Shown here: one piece after another, positions 46,920-60,910 of the stretch
How positions within the stretch are numbered: the first letter of the stretch is position 1
How the letters are laid out: every line of letters starts with the position of its first letter
Source of the DNA: Eledone cirrhosa
Taxonomy: Eukaryota
NCBI GenBank assembly: GCA_964016885.1
Contig: CAXHJY010000511.1
Span: 62,001 to 126,000 of the forward strand
Reading direction: 5' to 3'
Length of the DNA stretch: 64,000 bases
Translations under genes and position numbers: made by a program
The notes under the pieces: model-generated
The model's input: only the letters and a program-made list of their open reading frames with translations
Told to the model about the DNA's origin: nothing
The model's database searches: none

Positions 46920-48608
46920 TTATTTTTATTGTATTTTAAATATATTTTATGAGATATATTTGTCAATCCTGAAAAATTGTTTCACAGCAACAAATATGGT
47001 TGTGTGGATTGTTGTTGTTTTTATAGTTGCATTTAAAAAAAATTCTATTTGTTGTTTTACTTGTTGTTGTTGTTGTTTTTGTTGATTAACTTTATTGTTT
47101 GCTTTATTTGTTTCCCTGATATGGCCGAATAGTTAAGAAGTTAGCTTTGCAATTATAAGGTCTTGGGTTTGATATCACCACATGCAGTATCTTGGTCAAG
47201 TGTCTGATATTATAGACTCAGTTTGGCCCAAATGATGTGGAAAAAAACTCCTTTTATTATTATTATTATTATTATTATTAGGGCGGTGGATTGGCAGTAT
47301 CGGTGGAGGGTCGGACGCCATGCTTTGCAGCATAGAGTTACGGCTCTTTATGATCTGAGCTCAAATCCCGCCGAGGTTAACTTTGCCTTTCATCCTTATG
47401 GGGTTGATAAAATAATATACCAGTCGCGCACTGGGGTCGATTTAATCGACTTTCCCCTCCCCCCAAATTACTGGCCTTGTGCCTATATAAGAAACCATTA
47501 TTATTATTATTATTCTAGATTGGCAGAATCGGTAGAGCGCCAGACATGTTCTTCATCATATAGTTTCGGCCCTTTCTGTTCTGAGTTCAAATCCCGCCAA
47601 AGTTAACTTAGCCTTTCATCCTTATGGGGTCGATAAAGTAAAGTACCAGTAATGCACTGGGGTCTCTTTAATAGACTTTCCTCCCCCCCCCAAAAAAAAA
47701 ATTCCTGGCCTTGTGCCTATAGTAGAAACAATTATTCTTCTTCTCCCACTTATTCCTGAGAGGGTCTTGGGGGCAGAGCCTTCAAAAACTCCTTCCAGCG
47801 GGTCCTGTCAGAAGCAACCGTCTCCAACTGATCCAGTTGGATCTCCAAGTCAGACCAGCCAAGTTCATGGATGTTATCCAACCATCTTGCTCAGGGTCTA
47901 CCTCTGGTTCTCCTGCCGGTTGGTTTTGCCCGTACAATCTGTCCAGCGATTATTTCCTGAGACATTCTAACCACATGTCCATAGTATCGGATCTGTGATC
48001 TCTCAATTTGGAGAAGTAGAAAATATCTTTAAAATGGGTTTATTAATTCTAATATTTATAGTATCTTTACTCCTGCCAAGACTTTTATGAAATTTTGCAG
48101 CAATATTTCTTAACATTCTGTAATGATTTTGTAGAAAATATCTAAAAATAGGTTTGTTAATTCAAATGTTTACATTTGAACCGACTACATCCAGCCAGAA
48201 TTCGCTCACCTCTTTCTGTTCAAACCAGCCATAACCGGTTGCTCATACTGATGTTAAGGTGTTGTTCTCAAAATAAATAATATCAAAATCTCATAGATTC
48301 GATATTATGTGAAATAATTATGTGAAATAAAGTGATTACCATGAAAATACAATAGTAAATATAGAGTAATGTAAATGCTAAAGGGTTAAAATAGGTATAC
48401 TATATCCCTTTGTGTCGTAAAAGGTAATTAAAAAGGTTAGCACTAGGAAGGGCATCCTACTATCTCAAAAAAGATTCCATATAATTTTGTTGTTGTTGTT
48501 GACTACTAAAAATATTGAATCCCATGCTAGTATGGAATACAAACATTAAATGATGATGATGATGATGATGATATATGTACTAAATCTTTTCTTTTTCTTT
48601 TTTTTCAG

Positions 48609-49577
48609 TTCCTGAAATTAATTTTGTAGAGGATGCTTATAATATTTCTGTTGAAGGAGACTTGGCAGAGCTGGCAGGAACCTCTGCTGACAGCAGCTTC
48701 TATCTCAATGATATGACCAAACTCTCAGTAGACAAAGACAAAACTAAAAAACAAACCACAAATCTTGATACAGTCATAAATATTTCTGAAGGAAGGCAGA
48801 GACATTTAGCTCCAGAAGAAAGCAACACAACTTCAGGTGATCTTCATCATATTGAAGGGGCCAAAACTGAATCATTGGTGATGACCCTTACACAAGAACA
48901 AGAAATGGATGGGTATTCGGACTCTAAGAGAAAGCAAGCCGGAAAGCCTACTAATCGAGGTAGTGGTGAAATACCTCTCATAGAAAATGTCAATAAACAG
49001 ACACGGCTTGTCTATTCACAGAAAACTGGCAGCCTAAATTCTTTAAACAGTCCTCAGTATGTGAACATTGATTCATTTCAAAACTCATTTGAAATGGAAG
49101 ACCGAGGCCCCCACCGAGAAATGGCAGTCGACTGTCCAGAAAATTTTATTGGCACTGTAAAGTCTACTCCTCGATATCCACCGCCACCATCTTTGACCCC
49201 TGTTAAATCTAGAATATACTCTCCACCCCAGTCTGCTAGTAACTCCAGGGAGAATCTGTCAAATGAAAGCTCCTATAACAACAGCAGTACATTACCACAG
49301 CGACTACCAACTCAAGAGGAACTACAACGTGCCCAGAAGCATCAGGAATACCTCAACAAAAGAAAAGAGGAAGAGGCTCGCCTTGAACGAGAAAATGAGT
49401 TCTTGCGGAAATCTCTTCGAGAATCTCAAAAGCTGCGAGCTTTGGAAAACACACAACAGCTGGCCAAACCGCCAACTGGATACGTCAATACAGGCTTTGC
49501 CGAAGATACCACCGACAACACTGTACCTATTACATCTAATCAAACTAGCAAACATGACTTCATGACAAAAAATATCA
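48609..49577 (+). CDS. MPP5: MPP5/PALS1 large exon with ECR1 (HREMAVDCP) and coiled-coil ECR2-like region
   Basis: Acceptor ctttttttttcag| and donor ATCA|gtaagt. 969-nt open frame containing GPHREMAVDCPENF (PALS1/Stardust Par6-binding motif) and ENEFLRKSLRESQKLRALE. Confidence 0.93.
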
Positions 49578-51207
49578 GTAAGTTGTTTTATATTATTTTA
49601 TTATATTTTTTACTGTTCAAACTCCTGCTAATTGGGTTAAATGATGATGATTGTGATATAATGTCAAATGATGATGATGATGATTGTGATATAGCATCAA
49701 ATGATGCTTGTGATTGTGATATAGCATCAAATGATGATGATGATGATGATTGTGATATAATATCAAATGATGATGATGATGATGATGATGATTGTGATAT
49801 ATCATAAAATGATGATGATGATAATACATCATCATCATCATCGTTTAACGTCCACTTTCCACGCTAGCATGGATTAGACAGGTTGTCCCATTTGAGGCAA
49901 GTTACCATGTCTTGCTCATATAGAATTATTTCTGGCTAGATTTTTACATCTGGATGCCCTTCATAACACCAACCACATTTACAGTGTGTACTGGGTGATT
50001 TTTGTTGTGACACCTACACAACCACTTTACAGTGTGTACTGGGTGATTTTTGTTGTGACACCTACACAACCACTTTACAGTGTGTACTGGGTGCTTTTTG
50101 TCGTGACACCTACGCAACCACTTTACAGTGTGGACTGGGTACTTTTTGTCGTGACACCTACACAACCACTTTACAGTGTGGTCTGGGTACTTTTTGTCGT
50201 GACACCTACACAACCACTTTACAGTGTGGTCTGGGTACTTTTTGTCGTGACACCTACACAACCACTTTACAGTGTGGTCTGGGTGCTTTTTGTCGTGACA
50301 CCTACACAACCACTTTACAGAGTGGTCTGGGTACTTTTTGTCGTGACACCTACACAACCACTTTACAGTGTGGTCTGGGTACTTTTTGTCGTGACACCTA
50401 CACAACCACTTTACAGTGTGGTCTAGGTGCTTTTTGTCGTGACACCTACACAACCACTTTACAGAGTGTGCTGGGTGTTTTTTATTGTGACACTTACACA
50501 ACCACTTTACAGTGTGGTCTAGGTGCTTTTTGTCGTGACACCTACACAACCACTTTACAGAGTGTGCTGGGTGTTTTTTATTGTGACACTTACACAACCA
50601 CTTTACACATAAATATATTTATTTTTATTGCTGACACTGGTGACACTGATGATGGTGGTGGTGGTGGTGGTGGTGGTGGTGTTGGGGATGGTGGTGGTGG
50701 GGATGGTGAGGATGGCAGGTTAATCTCAACTGTAGAAACTAATCACAAAAGAAGATTAGTCCAGGTGAAACTGATTTGTTTGCTTTTATTAATGTACCTG
50801 TATTGTGTAGACGTCTGTGTGTGTGGATGGATGTGTGTGTAGTATATGTATGTGTGTGTGTCTGTATGTGACATAATAAAATCGGGTAATATATGAAGGG
50901 GGGGGGGGGGATCCATAATTAATTTGAGAGGGGCATCAGTGTGTGTATGTGTGTGTGTGACTCTCTCTCTCTATATATATATGTCTGTGTGTGTATATAT
51001 ATATATATATATGTGTGTGTCTGTGTGTGTGTATATATATATATATGTGTGTGTGTATTTATATATATATGTGTGTATATATATGTGTGTGTATATACAT
51101 ATTTATATATATATGTATGTCTGTGTGTGTATATATATATATATATATATGTGTGTATATATATATATATGTGTATATATATGTGTGTATATATATATAC
51201 ATATATA

Positions 51208-51238
<31 letters not shown>

Positions 51239-51344
51239 GTGTATACATATATATATATATATATATGAATATATCTGTGTGTGTAGTAGAGCAGCTATTC
51301 TTTCTTCCACTTCATTATGATATATTTCATTATTTCTAAAGAAA

Positions 51345-51586
51345 TCATCATCATCATCATCATCATTGTTCTCACCACCTCCGCCCATGTTTTTCGTGGT
51401 CTACCTCTACCACGTCTTCCTTCAACTGGCATTTCCTGGCACTTCTTCACCCATCGGTCATCCTCCATGCGCATCACATGTCCATACCACCTCAGTCTCC
51501 TCTCCCGTACACTACATTCTATCCCTCTGACACAGTTTCTCTCTCAACACATTTATGCTGGGTCGTTCACGCACATTTACACTGCA
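51345..51586 (-). mobile_element. RTE LINE fragment of the same family as 14708-15075
   Basis: Near-identical sequence; [34 protein letters not shown]. Confidence 0.88.
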
Positions 51587-51709
51587 AATCATTATTATTA
51601 ATAAAGAAATTATTTCTGTTGTCTCTACATGATGTTTACATCTCTCTCTCTCTCGTTATTTACATCTAATACTTCTGTCCCTCCCTCCCACCTTATTTCT
51701 CTCTCTCTT

Positions 51710-51741
<32 letters not shown>

Positions 51742-52538
51742 CCTCTCTCCTCCTTCCCCGCCATCTCTACAATTTAATGTCATATAATCCTTTTAAATCT
51801 ACCTTTCATTTATTGCTTTCATTATTGGCAGTATCGGTAGAGGGTCGGACGCCATGCTTTGACGCATAGAGTTACGGCCCTTGCCATTCTGAGTTCAAAT
51901 CCCGCCAAGGTTAACTTTGCTTTTCATCCTTACGGGGTTGATAAAATCAAGTACCAGTCACGCACTGGGGTCGATTTAATCGATTCCCCCCCCCCCCCCA
52001 AAAAAAAAAAATTGCTGGCCTTGTGCCTGTATAAGAAACCATTATTATTATCAGTAGTGGTGGTGGTGGTGGTGGTAGAAGTAGTAGTAGTAATAGTGGT
52101 GGTAGTAGTAGTAGTAATAGTGGTGGTGGTAGTAGTAGTGGCGGTGGTAGGTAGTGATAGTAGTAATAGTGGTGGTGGTAGTAGTAGTGGCGGTGGCGGT
52201 GATGGTAGTAGTAGGAGGAAGACTGGTGGTAGTGGTGGTAGTCTGTATCACTATTATTACAGGAGAGAGATGGGCTCCACCAGGTTTTAAATCCCTCCCA
52301 CTCTCTCTACTTTCTACAAAGAAAAAAAAAAGGACAACCACCAAAAACGTTTGGTTGTGAGGGTATATCTTGTAGATGTGAAGATTTGAAAGGGTTACAG
52401 AGATGATATAGGGAAGGAATCCTTAGATAAGACTCTTTCCTCATCTAAAATAATCATTATTGTTTCATCATTATCACAATAGTTGGGCAATAGTTTTTGA
52501 AGTACAGCTTTATGGTTGAATGCCATTTTTGATGCTTC

Positions 52539-53482
52539 TTAGTTGCCCCGTATGACACCGAGGGTTTCAGTGTATCGTAAGTCTTTTTAGTTGCCCCTTA
52601 TGACACCGAGGGTTTCAGTGTATCGTAAGTCTTTTTAGTTGCCCCTTATGACACCGAGGGTTTCAGTGTATCGTAAGTCTTTTTAGTTGCCCCTTATGAC
52701 ACCGAGGGTTTCAGTGTATCGTAAGTCTTTTTAGTTGCCCCTTATGACACCGAGGGTTTCAGTGTATCGTAAGTCTTTTTAGTTGCCCCTTATGACACCG
52801 AGGGTTTCAGTGTATCGTAAGTCTTTTTAGTTGCCCCTTATGACACCGAGGGTTAGTGTATCGTAAGTCTTTTTAGTTGCCCCTTATGACACTGAGGTTT
52901 ACAGTGTATCTATTGTAAATCTTTTAGTTGCCCCTTAAGACACTGAGGGTTACAGTGTATCTATTGTAAGTCTTTTTAGTTGCCCCTTATCACACCGAGG
53001 TTTACAGTGTATCTATTGTAAATCTTTTAGTTGCCCCTTAAGACACTGAGGGTTACAGTGTATCTATTGTAAGTCTTTTTAGTTGCCCCTTATCACACCG
53101 AGGTTTACAGTGTATCTATTGTAAATCTTTTAGTTGCCCCTTAAGACACTGAGGGTTACAGTGTATCTATTGTAAGTCATTTTAGTTGCCCCTTATGACG
53201 CCGAGGTTTACAGTGTATCTATTGTAAATCTTTTAGTTGCCCCTTAAGACACTGAGGGTTACAGTGTATCTATTGTAAGTCTTTTTAGTTGCCCCTTATG
53301 ACGCCGAGGTTTACAGTGTATCTATTGTAAATCTTTTAGTTGCCCCTTAAGACACTGAGGGTTACAGTGTATCTATTGTAAGTCTTTTAAGTTGCCCCTT
53401 ATGTCCTGAAGTTTACAGTGTATCTATTGTAAGTCTTTTAGTTGCCCCTTATGACACCGAGGGCTGCAGTCTACCTATTGCA
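52539..53482. repeat. 48-bp minisatellite changing to an alternating 51/52-bp dimer
   Basis: tagttgccccttatgacaccgagggtttcagtgtatcgtaagtctttt, then alternating A/B variants. Confidence 0.95.
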
Positions 53483-53566
53483 AACACTGGGATACACATG
53501 GTATAAAATTAATAAATAATCTCTGTAATTAATTAAATTCTATTTTTTTTTCCTTTAATTTCACAG

Positions 53567-53844
53567 ATGTTATTGATATGATTGGCTCCTTGCAACAAAT
53601 AGAAGTTTATTTTTCAAATGAGACAGATTTGAAGAATGATATCCTTTTTCTGTCCAATTTATTTCACAACCCCCGATTCCAAATTGCTGTGAAGATCCAC
53701 AACAAAGTCATTGCGTCCTCCAATTATAGATCTGGGTCAAATGCATCTTATCAACATCTACTGAGGATCATGGACATGCAACCTCATTGCTCAGATCCTC
53801 TCTCCAGAGAAATGTTCAGCATCTTTAATAACTTGGATTTTCAG
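53567..53844 (+). CDS. MPP5: MPP5/PALS1 exon, L27N and start of L27C
   Basis: Acceptor tttcacag| and donor CAG|gtaagc. Translates VIDMIGSLQQIE...DILFLSNLFHNPRFQIAVKIHNKV...SREMFSIFNNLDFQ, an L27-type pattern. Phase 1 in, phase 0 out. Confidence 0.92.
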
Positions 53845-55489
53845 GTAAGCACGGCCTTCTCTTAACTGTTAACAACCTGTAATGATTTAACACTAAATAT
53901 CTAATAAAATAAACAGCTTTGTTGATTCACTTGTTTATAGTATCTTTACTAGTGGACAGATTGTTGTGAACATTTACAGTATTAATCCTTAACAGATGTC
54001 TTAATAAAGACTAGGAGTCTCTTGGTCCACAAAAGCAAAAAAACTTTATTGGATGGCTGTTGACTCTCCTGAGTTCCTCCACCCTTTCACAGGTTTTGTT
54101 TTTCATCACAGGGTACCCAAAATTACCCTCTTCACCAAGTAAGCTTGGAGGGGTTGCCTGTCTAGTTGTCGAAAACCCGACCATGCACAGGTTCTACTGG
54201 GTTACATATTACCAGTAGTGCTGAAGAGTGACCTGACAATGATGTATATATACTGATGTTACGCAGTAATACAGAAGACTCGAGTTCCCATGGGTACAAG
54301 CCGAAGCTGAAGCATTTAGACAGTATGCCCCCCACTGTAAAGGGGTCGTGTAGGCGTCACGACAAAAAGCACCCAGCCCACACTGTAAAGTGGTCGTGTA
54401 GGCGTCACAACAAAAAAGCACCCAGCCCACACTGTAAAATGGTCGTGTAGGCGTCACAACAAAAAAGCACCCAGCCCACACTGTAAAGTGGTCGTGTAGG
54501 CGTCACAACAAAAAAGCATCCAGCCCACACTGTAAAATGGTCGTGTAGGCGTCACAACAAAAAAGCACCCAACCCACACTGTAACATGGATGTGTAGGCG
54601 CCACGGTAAAAAGGCATGCAGTACTCACTATAAATGAGATTGGTGTTAGGAACGGCATCCAGCTGTAGAAATGAAGCCAAAATCAATTCTGTATGAGCAA
54701 GACAAGGTCACCTGATCTGGCATTGCCCACAACAGGACAACCCGTCTAACCCATGCTAGCATGGAAGAATGGACATAAAATGGTGATGATGATGATACAC
54801 CACAGGTAAATGCTCACATAGGCATATACACACATAGATATATACACACATACATACACAGTTTAGGTGGCTGAGTATCTAATCTGTAATATAATCCCCA
54901 AGTACAATCATTATGATAACATAACTTAGCTGGTCTTTTGAATTACACAGACAATGAATATGACAGGCTTCCAGAGTTTCTGTCCACCAAATTTTACTCA
55001 AGGGTTGAGTTGAGTTGGATTTATGGTAGAAACATGTCCAAAATGTCAACACATTATGATCGGTAGAGGGTTGGACGCCATGCTTTGATGCATAGAGTTA
55101 CGGCCCTTGCCATTCTGAGTTCAAATACCGCCGAGGTTAACTTTGCCTTTCATCCTTACGGGGTCGATAAAATAAAGTACCAGTAATGCACTGGGGAAAT
55201 TGCTGGCCTTGTGCCAAAAGTAGAAACAATTATTATTGAACCTGGATCTCTGGAACTTCTTTACCACTACTTTTACTTCACAGGTGAAAGGAATAGGCAT
55301 GGAACCTGTTGTTGGCCAGGCAAACTGAGGCAGACATCTCTCTTTGCTGTTAGAGCTTTGGAAAATATCTAAAAAAGCAGCATGTATGTGTATGCAAGTG
55401 TTTGTGTATGTATCATCATCATCATCATCATTTAACGTTCACTTTCCCTGCTAGTAAGGGGTCGGATAGGTTTTCATGGATTGTATGTG

Positions 55490-56525
55490 TGATGTGGGTT
55501 TGTATGTACGTGTGTAGTTGTGTGGTGTAGTTGTGTGTGTGGTGTGTATGTGGTGTGTATGTGTGTGTGGTGTAGTTGTGTGTGTGGTGTAGTTGTGTGT
55601 GTGGTGTAGTTGTGTGTGTGGTGTGTATGTGTGTAGTGTATTTGTGTGTAGTTGTGTGTGTGGTGTAGTTGTGTGTGTGGTGTGTATGTGTGTAGTGTAT
55701 TTGTGTGTGTGGTGTAGTTGTGTGTGTGGTGTGTATGTGTGTAGTGTATTTGTGTGTGTGGTGTCTGCGTGTAGTGTATTTGTGTGTGTAGTGTATTTGT
55801 GTGTGTGGTGTAGTTGTGTGTGTGGTGCAGTTGTGTGTGTGGTGTGTGTGTGTGTGTGTGGTGTAGTTGTGTGTGTGGTGTGTGTGTGTGTGTGGTGTAG
55901 TTGTGTGTGTGTGGTGTAGTTGTGTGTGTGGTGTAGTTGTGTGTGTGGTGTAGTTGTGTGTGTGGTGTAGTTGTGTGTGTGGTGTAGTTGTGTGTGTGGT
56001 GTGTGTGTGTGTGTGTGGTGTAGTTGTGTGTGTGGTGTAGTTGTGTGTGTGGTGTAGTTGTGTGTGTGGTGTAGTTGTGTGTGTGGTGTAGTTGTGTGTG
56101 TGGTGTGTGTGTGTGTGTGGTGTAGTTGTGTGTGTGGTGTGTGTGTGTGTCTGGTGCAGTTGTGTGTGTGGTGCAGTTGTGTGTGTAGTGTAGTTGTGTG
56201 TGTGGTGTAGTTGTGTGTGTAGTGTAGTTGTGTGTGTAGTGTAGTTGTGTGTGTGGTGTAGTTGTGTGTGTAGTGTAGTTGTGTGTGTAGTTGTGTGTGT
56301 GGTGTAGTTGTGTGTGTAGTGTAGTTGTGTGTGTAGTGTAGTTGTGTGTGTAGTGTAGTTGTGTGTGTGGTGTAGTTGTGTGTGTGGTGTAGTTGTGTGT
56401 GTAGTGTAGTTGTGTGTGTAGTGTAGTTGTGTGTGTAGTGTAGTTGTGTGTGTAGTGTAGTTGTGTGTGTGGTGTAGTTGTGTGTGTGGTGTGGTGTGTG
56501 TGTGTGTAGTGTATTTGTGTGTGTT
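55490..56525. repeat. GT-rich 15-bp minisatellite
   Basis: gtgtagttgtgtgtgtg repeats ending about 40 bp before the exon at 56563. Confidence 0.95.
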
Positions 56526-56562
56526 TGTATTTCTTCATTCCAACTGTTTCTGCCATTTTCAG

Positions 56563-56700
56563 AATTTACTCAAAGTCCATGACCAACTCGCAGGTGACAC
56601 AGTATATTCTGAAGACAAAGAAACAAAAGACTATTCTTTTAAACAGTATGGTGAAGGTGCTGTCCGAATTATTCACTTAGAAAAGACTTCAGAACCACTG
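56563..56700 (+). CDS. MPP5: MPP5/PALS1 exon, end of L27C and start of core PDZ
   Basis: Acceptor ccattttcag| and donor CTG|gtaagt. Translates NLLKVHDQLA...QYGEGAVRIIHLEKTSEPL. Confidence 0.93.
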
Positions 56701-56707
56701 GTAAGTT

Positions 56708-57045
56708 TCTATCTCTAGTACACACTATACTATAGAACTGGCATAGTGTCTATCTCTAGTACACACTATACTATAGAACTGGCATAGTGTCTATCTCTAG
56801 TACACACTATACTATACTATAGAACTGGCATAGTGTCTATCTCTAGTACACACTATACTATACTATAGAACTGGCATAGTGTCTATCTCTAGTACACACT
56901 ATACTATACTATAGAACTGGCATAGTGTCTATCTCTAGTACACACTATACTATACTATAGAACTGGCATAGTGTCTATCTCTAGTACACACTATACTATA
57001 CTATAGAACTGGTACAGTGTCTATATGTAGTACACACTACACTAT
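56708..57045. repeat. About 40-45-bp minisatellite immediately after a splice donor
   Basis: tctatctctagtacacactatactatactatagaactggcatagtg repeats. Confidence 0.93.
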
Positions 57046-57686
57046 GCAGCTGTCATATTACATAGTTTCTGTATAATATTAAACAATAAATGCATCGACC
57101 AAGACCCCATTGTGTCATAATCTACACCAAAGAGACACATAACCATGACTAACAGATTTGAAAACGCTAGTGTACTATCCTGCCTAACAACCTGAAATCT
57201 CTGCTATCACCATTAGCCCCCATCCAAACCCACAATTTAATATATAACTCGTTTGTCTAATGTTTAGCACACTTGGAAATATATCTGAAAGGTGTTCGTT
57301 TGTGTCATTGTTAAGCAAATTTTATTCATGTTTATTTGTGAAGCCTGAAGTTTCAGAAATAGATCTAGATTATTATTATGATGGTGGTGAATTATAAATT
57401 ATTATTTATCATAAGTTAGCAGGTTTTTTTGTAGTAGTCCACACTGTAAAGTGGTCATGTAGGTGTCACGACAAAAAGGTATAGCATAGTATGTTGGTGT
57501 ATAGTATAGTGAATAAAAGTATTGTATATATTGGTGTATAGTATAGTATAGGTGTATAATATAGTATAGTGTAGATGTATAGTATATATTGGTGTATAGT
57601 ATAGTGTAGGTGTATAGTATAGTATATATTGGTGTATAATATAGTATAGTATAGGTGTATAGTATATATTGATGTATAATATAGTG

Positions 57687-58480
57687 TAATATATAGATAT
57701 CTTCTGTAATACATAGATATCTTCTGTAATATATAGATATCTTCTGTAATATATAGATATCTTCTGTAATATATTGATATCTTCTGTAATATATTGATAT
57801 CTTCTGTAATATATAGATATCTTCTATAATATATAGATATCTTCTGTAATATATAGATATCTTCTGTAATATATAGATATCTTCTGTAATATATAGATAT
57901 CTTCTGTAATACATAGATATCTTCTATAATATATAGATATCTTCTGTAATATATAGATATCTTCTATAATATATAGATATCTTCTGTAATATATAGATAT
58001 CTTCTATAATATATAGATATCTTCTGTAATATATAGATATCTTCTGTAATATATAGATATCTTCTATAATATATAGATATCTTCTGTAATATATAGATAT
58101 CTTCTGTAATATATAGATATCTTCTATAATATATAGATATCTTCTGTAATATATAGATATCTTCTGTAATACATAGATATCTTCTGTAATATATAGATAT
58201 CTTCTGTAATATATAGATATCTTCTGTAATATATAGATATCTTCTGTAATATATAGATATCTTCTCTAATATATAGATATCTTCTCTAATATATAGAGAT
58301 CTTCTCTAATATCTTCTATAATATATAGATATCTTCTATAATATATAGATATCTTCTATAATATATAGAGATCTTCTCTAATATATAGAGATCTTCTATA
58401 ATATGTAGATATCTTCTATAATATGTAGATATCTTCTATAATATGTAGATATCTTCTATAATATATAGATGTCTTCTATA
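57687..58480. repeat. 20-bp minisatellite
   Basis: atatagatatcttctgtaat repeats. Confidence 0.95.
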
Positions 58481-58586
58481 GTGTGTTGGACATATACTAT
58501 TTAGTTTCTATGGCTTCTAGTCCAAAGTCTGTCATATCTGTGTTGCTGATATATTTCCATTATATATTCATTACCTTTACTTTCAG

Positions 58587-58662
58587 GGTGCTACTGTCAA
58601 AAATGAAGGCGAATCTGTGATAATTGCACGCATAGTGAAAGGAGGGGTGGCTGACAAAAGTG
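58587..58662 (+). CDS. MPP5: MPP5/PALS1 exon, core PDZ
   Basis: Acceptor tttactttcag| and donor AGTG|gtaaat. Translates GATVKNEGESVIIARIVKGGVADKS, completing the PALS1 'PLGATV.NE...VII.RIVKGG.A.KSG' signature. Confidence 0.95.
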
Positions 58663-58931
58663 GTAAATATGTTAATACTATGTTTGTTTGGGTTAGTTTT
58701 TGTTCTGTTAATGTTATAAGTTTATTCATCTATTTACTGGGCAGTGTGAGATCTAACACTGTATATTCCCTTGTGATAGAACACAATCCTGCTCCAAAAG
58801 TGTGTGAAACTGTGTCTGGTTGGGGACAACTGATGACCAGGGTTTTGTGTTTGTTGTGTTTCCTTGGTTTTGTCTTCCATTAATTTATTGCCTGCATGTC
58901 TCAATGATATTGTTCCATTCTGAAATATATA

Positions 58932-58969
<38 letters not shown>

Positions 58970-60110
58970 AATGAAAGGTATAGAAAACATTGTAGCAAAA
59001 AGCCAACAGTATTCCATAATATATATATATTAAATATATAATTAAATTAAATTGTTTAGAACGACAAGTGAATTCATTCTTTTCCTTTTTTTAAATATAT
59101 ATATATTTTCATAATTCTTCGGCTCTGTTTAATTACATTGAGCTATACCTTTACTGTCATTTCTATAATACGAAGAGGGTGTTTAACTCCAACACACTCT
59201 AGTATTTTAATTCTTATGTATATATATATATATATATTTAAAAAAAGGAAAAGAATGACTTCACTTGTAGTTCTAAACAATTTAATTTAATTTTTTATAA
59301 TATTATAATTTTACAATTTGGTTTTGTAGATCTAGTAAGTACCTTGTTAACTTCGGTGGGGTGATCTTTTAAAGATTCCTGGTTAACTTTCCTGGTGAAC
59401 TTTCTCATATTCCTTGGAGGGTCATGCTGCCAATAAAAACACACGCACCTGTTAGTTTTCATTTCAATTTAATATAAATTTCCTGTTGGTTGGTTCAATA
59501 ACCAGATGGTTGTTTATATATTGTCAAAGCTCTTTTGTCACACATTCTATGACCTCCTCAGTGCCTGCTTTCTTATTTTGTTCCTCCCCTTTGATCTGTC
59601 CTACACCATCTTGTTTTTGTGTATTGTGTGCTTGGTTTGCACATGTGTTACATCCATGGGTGTGTGTGTTTATTTATGTGTTTATTTACTTGTCACTAGT
59701 TGGTTGTTTGTTCTGTGTGTGTCTGGTTTGTATTGCAGTATCGGTAGAGGGTCGGACGCCATGTTTTGCAGCACAGTTACGTCCCTGTGTGTGTATGTCA
59801 GTCTATCTGTCCATGTGTGTGTGTGTATATATCTGTCTATATGTGTATGTGTGTCTATCTGTCTATATGTGTGTATATTAGTCTACCTGTCTATATATGT
59901 ATGCGTGTATATCAGTCTATATGCGTATGTGTGTCTATCTGTCGATATGTGTGTAAGTGTATACATCATTCTATCTGTCTATATATGTATGTGTGTCTAT
60001 CTGTCTATATATGTATGTGTGTCTATCTGTCTATATGTGTATGTGTGTCTATCTGTCTATATATGTGTATATCAGTCTATCTGTCTATATATGTGTGTGT
60101 GTGTGTGTCT

Positions 60111-60910
60111 ATCTGGAGGACGAACTGGCCAGTCTGTTCGGTAGGACCTTCTGCCCGGGAACTATGGACAACTTCCAAAAGTCCCTGGCCTGGCAGGACT
60201 ACCGAGGAGCTCTACCAGTTCGAGACAAGCTCTACAGACATGGGTGCCAGGGCAGGGACCCTTCGAAAAAGATCTGTCCGACATGCGTGCGAGACGAAGA
60301 AACCGTCGCGCACGCATTCGTACACTGCCCGGGCATTACCGACCTGTGGGGCTATGTAGAACGACTTTTGTCGCGGGTGGGACCAATCCGGTTGACCACC
60401 GAGCCCATTGTCATGATCAAACCGCCACCCTCCTTCAAAAACGAAGGGGAGGCGGTTTTCCTTTGTGTGATAGCTATGGCGAATGAGGTTGAAAGGGCTG
60501 AGGTCGGACACCTTTCTCTCCGGCCAACAACTGTTTCGTTTTTTCAAATACCACTTTGGAAGAAGAATCAGGATGGAGAGAGAGAGGTACTGTACCCCAG
60601 CAAGGTTTATGAAAGGTGGGTGAAAGTGGCGAGAATGGCCCGAGTGAATGGGCCTTCTCTCTATATCAGCCTGTAGGTTGAGGAAAAAGAGGAGGAGAGG
60701 AAAGGGGTACTCACTCTTTGTACTCCTGGAGATGAGGGTTGCACATTTTTTCAGGGCTATGTGTTACCCATATTTAATGTCTCCCCTTATTGGGGAAAAT
60801 CGATTAATTTTTAAATTGCATTTGTGATATTTTACACGTTTTTATTGTATGTAAACTTCCCCGTTTGTATTTGTCCCCTTCTTTTGTGCCCCTGTGGCTA
60901 ATAAAGAAAC
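60111..60910 (+). mobile_element. Tx1/L1-clade LINE 3' fragment (zf-RVT-type zinc knuckle)
   Basis: LAW..YRGALPVRDKL...CPTC..DEETVAHAFVHC....LW, then a 3' UTR ending aataaagaaac in a microsatellite. Confidence 0.85.

Noticed and set aside
49578-49807. Acidic C-terminal tail of the 381-aa ORF
   Set aside because: It lies past the strong gtaagt donor at 49578 and is intronic (GAT)n repeat.
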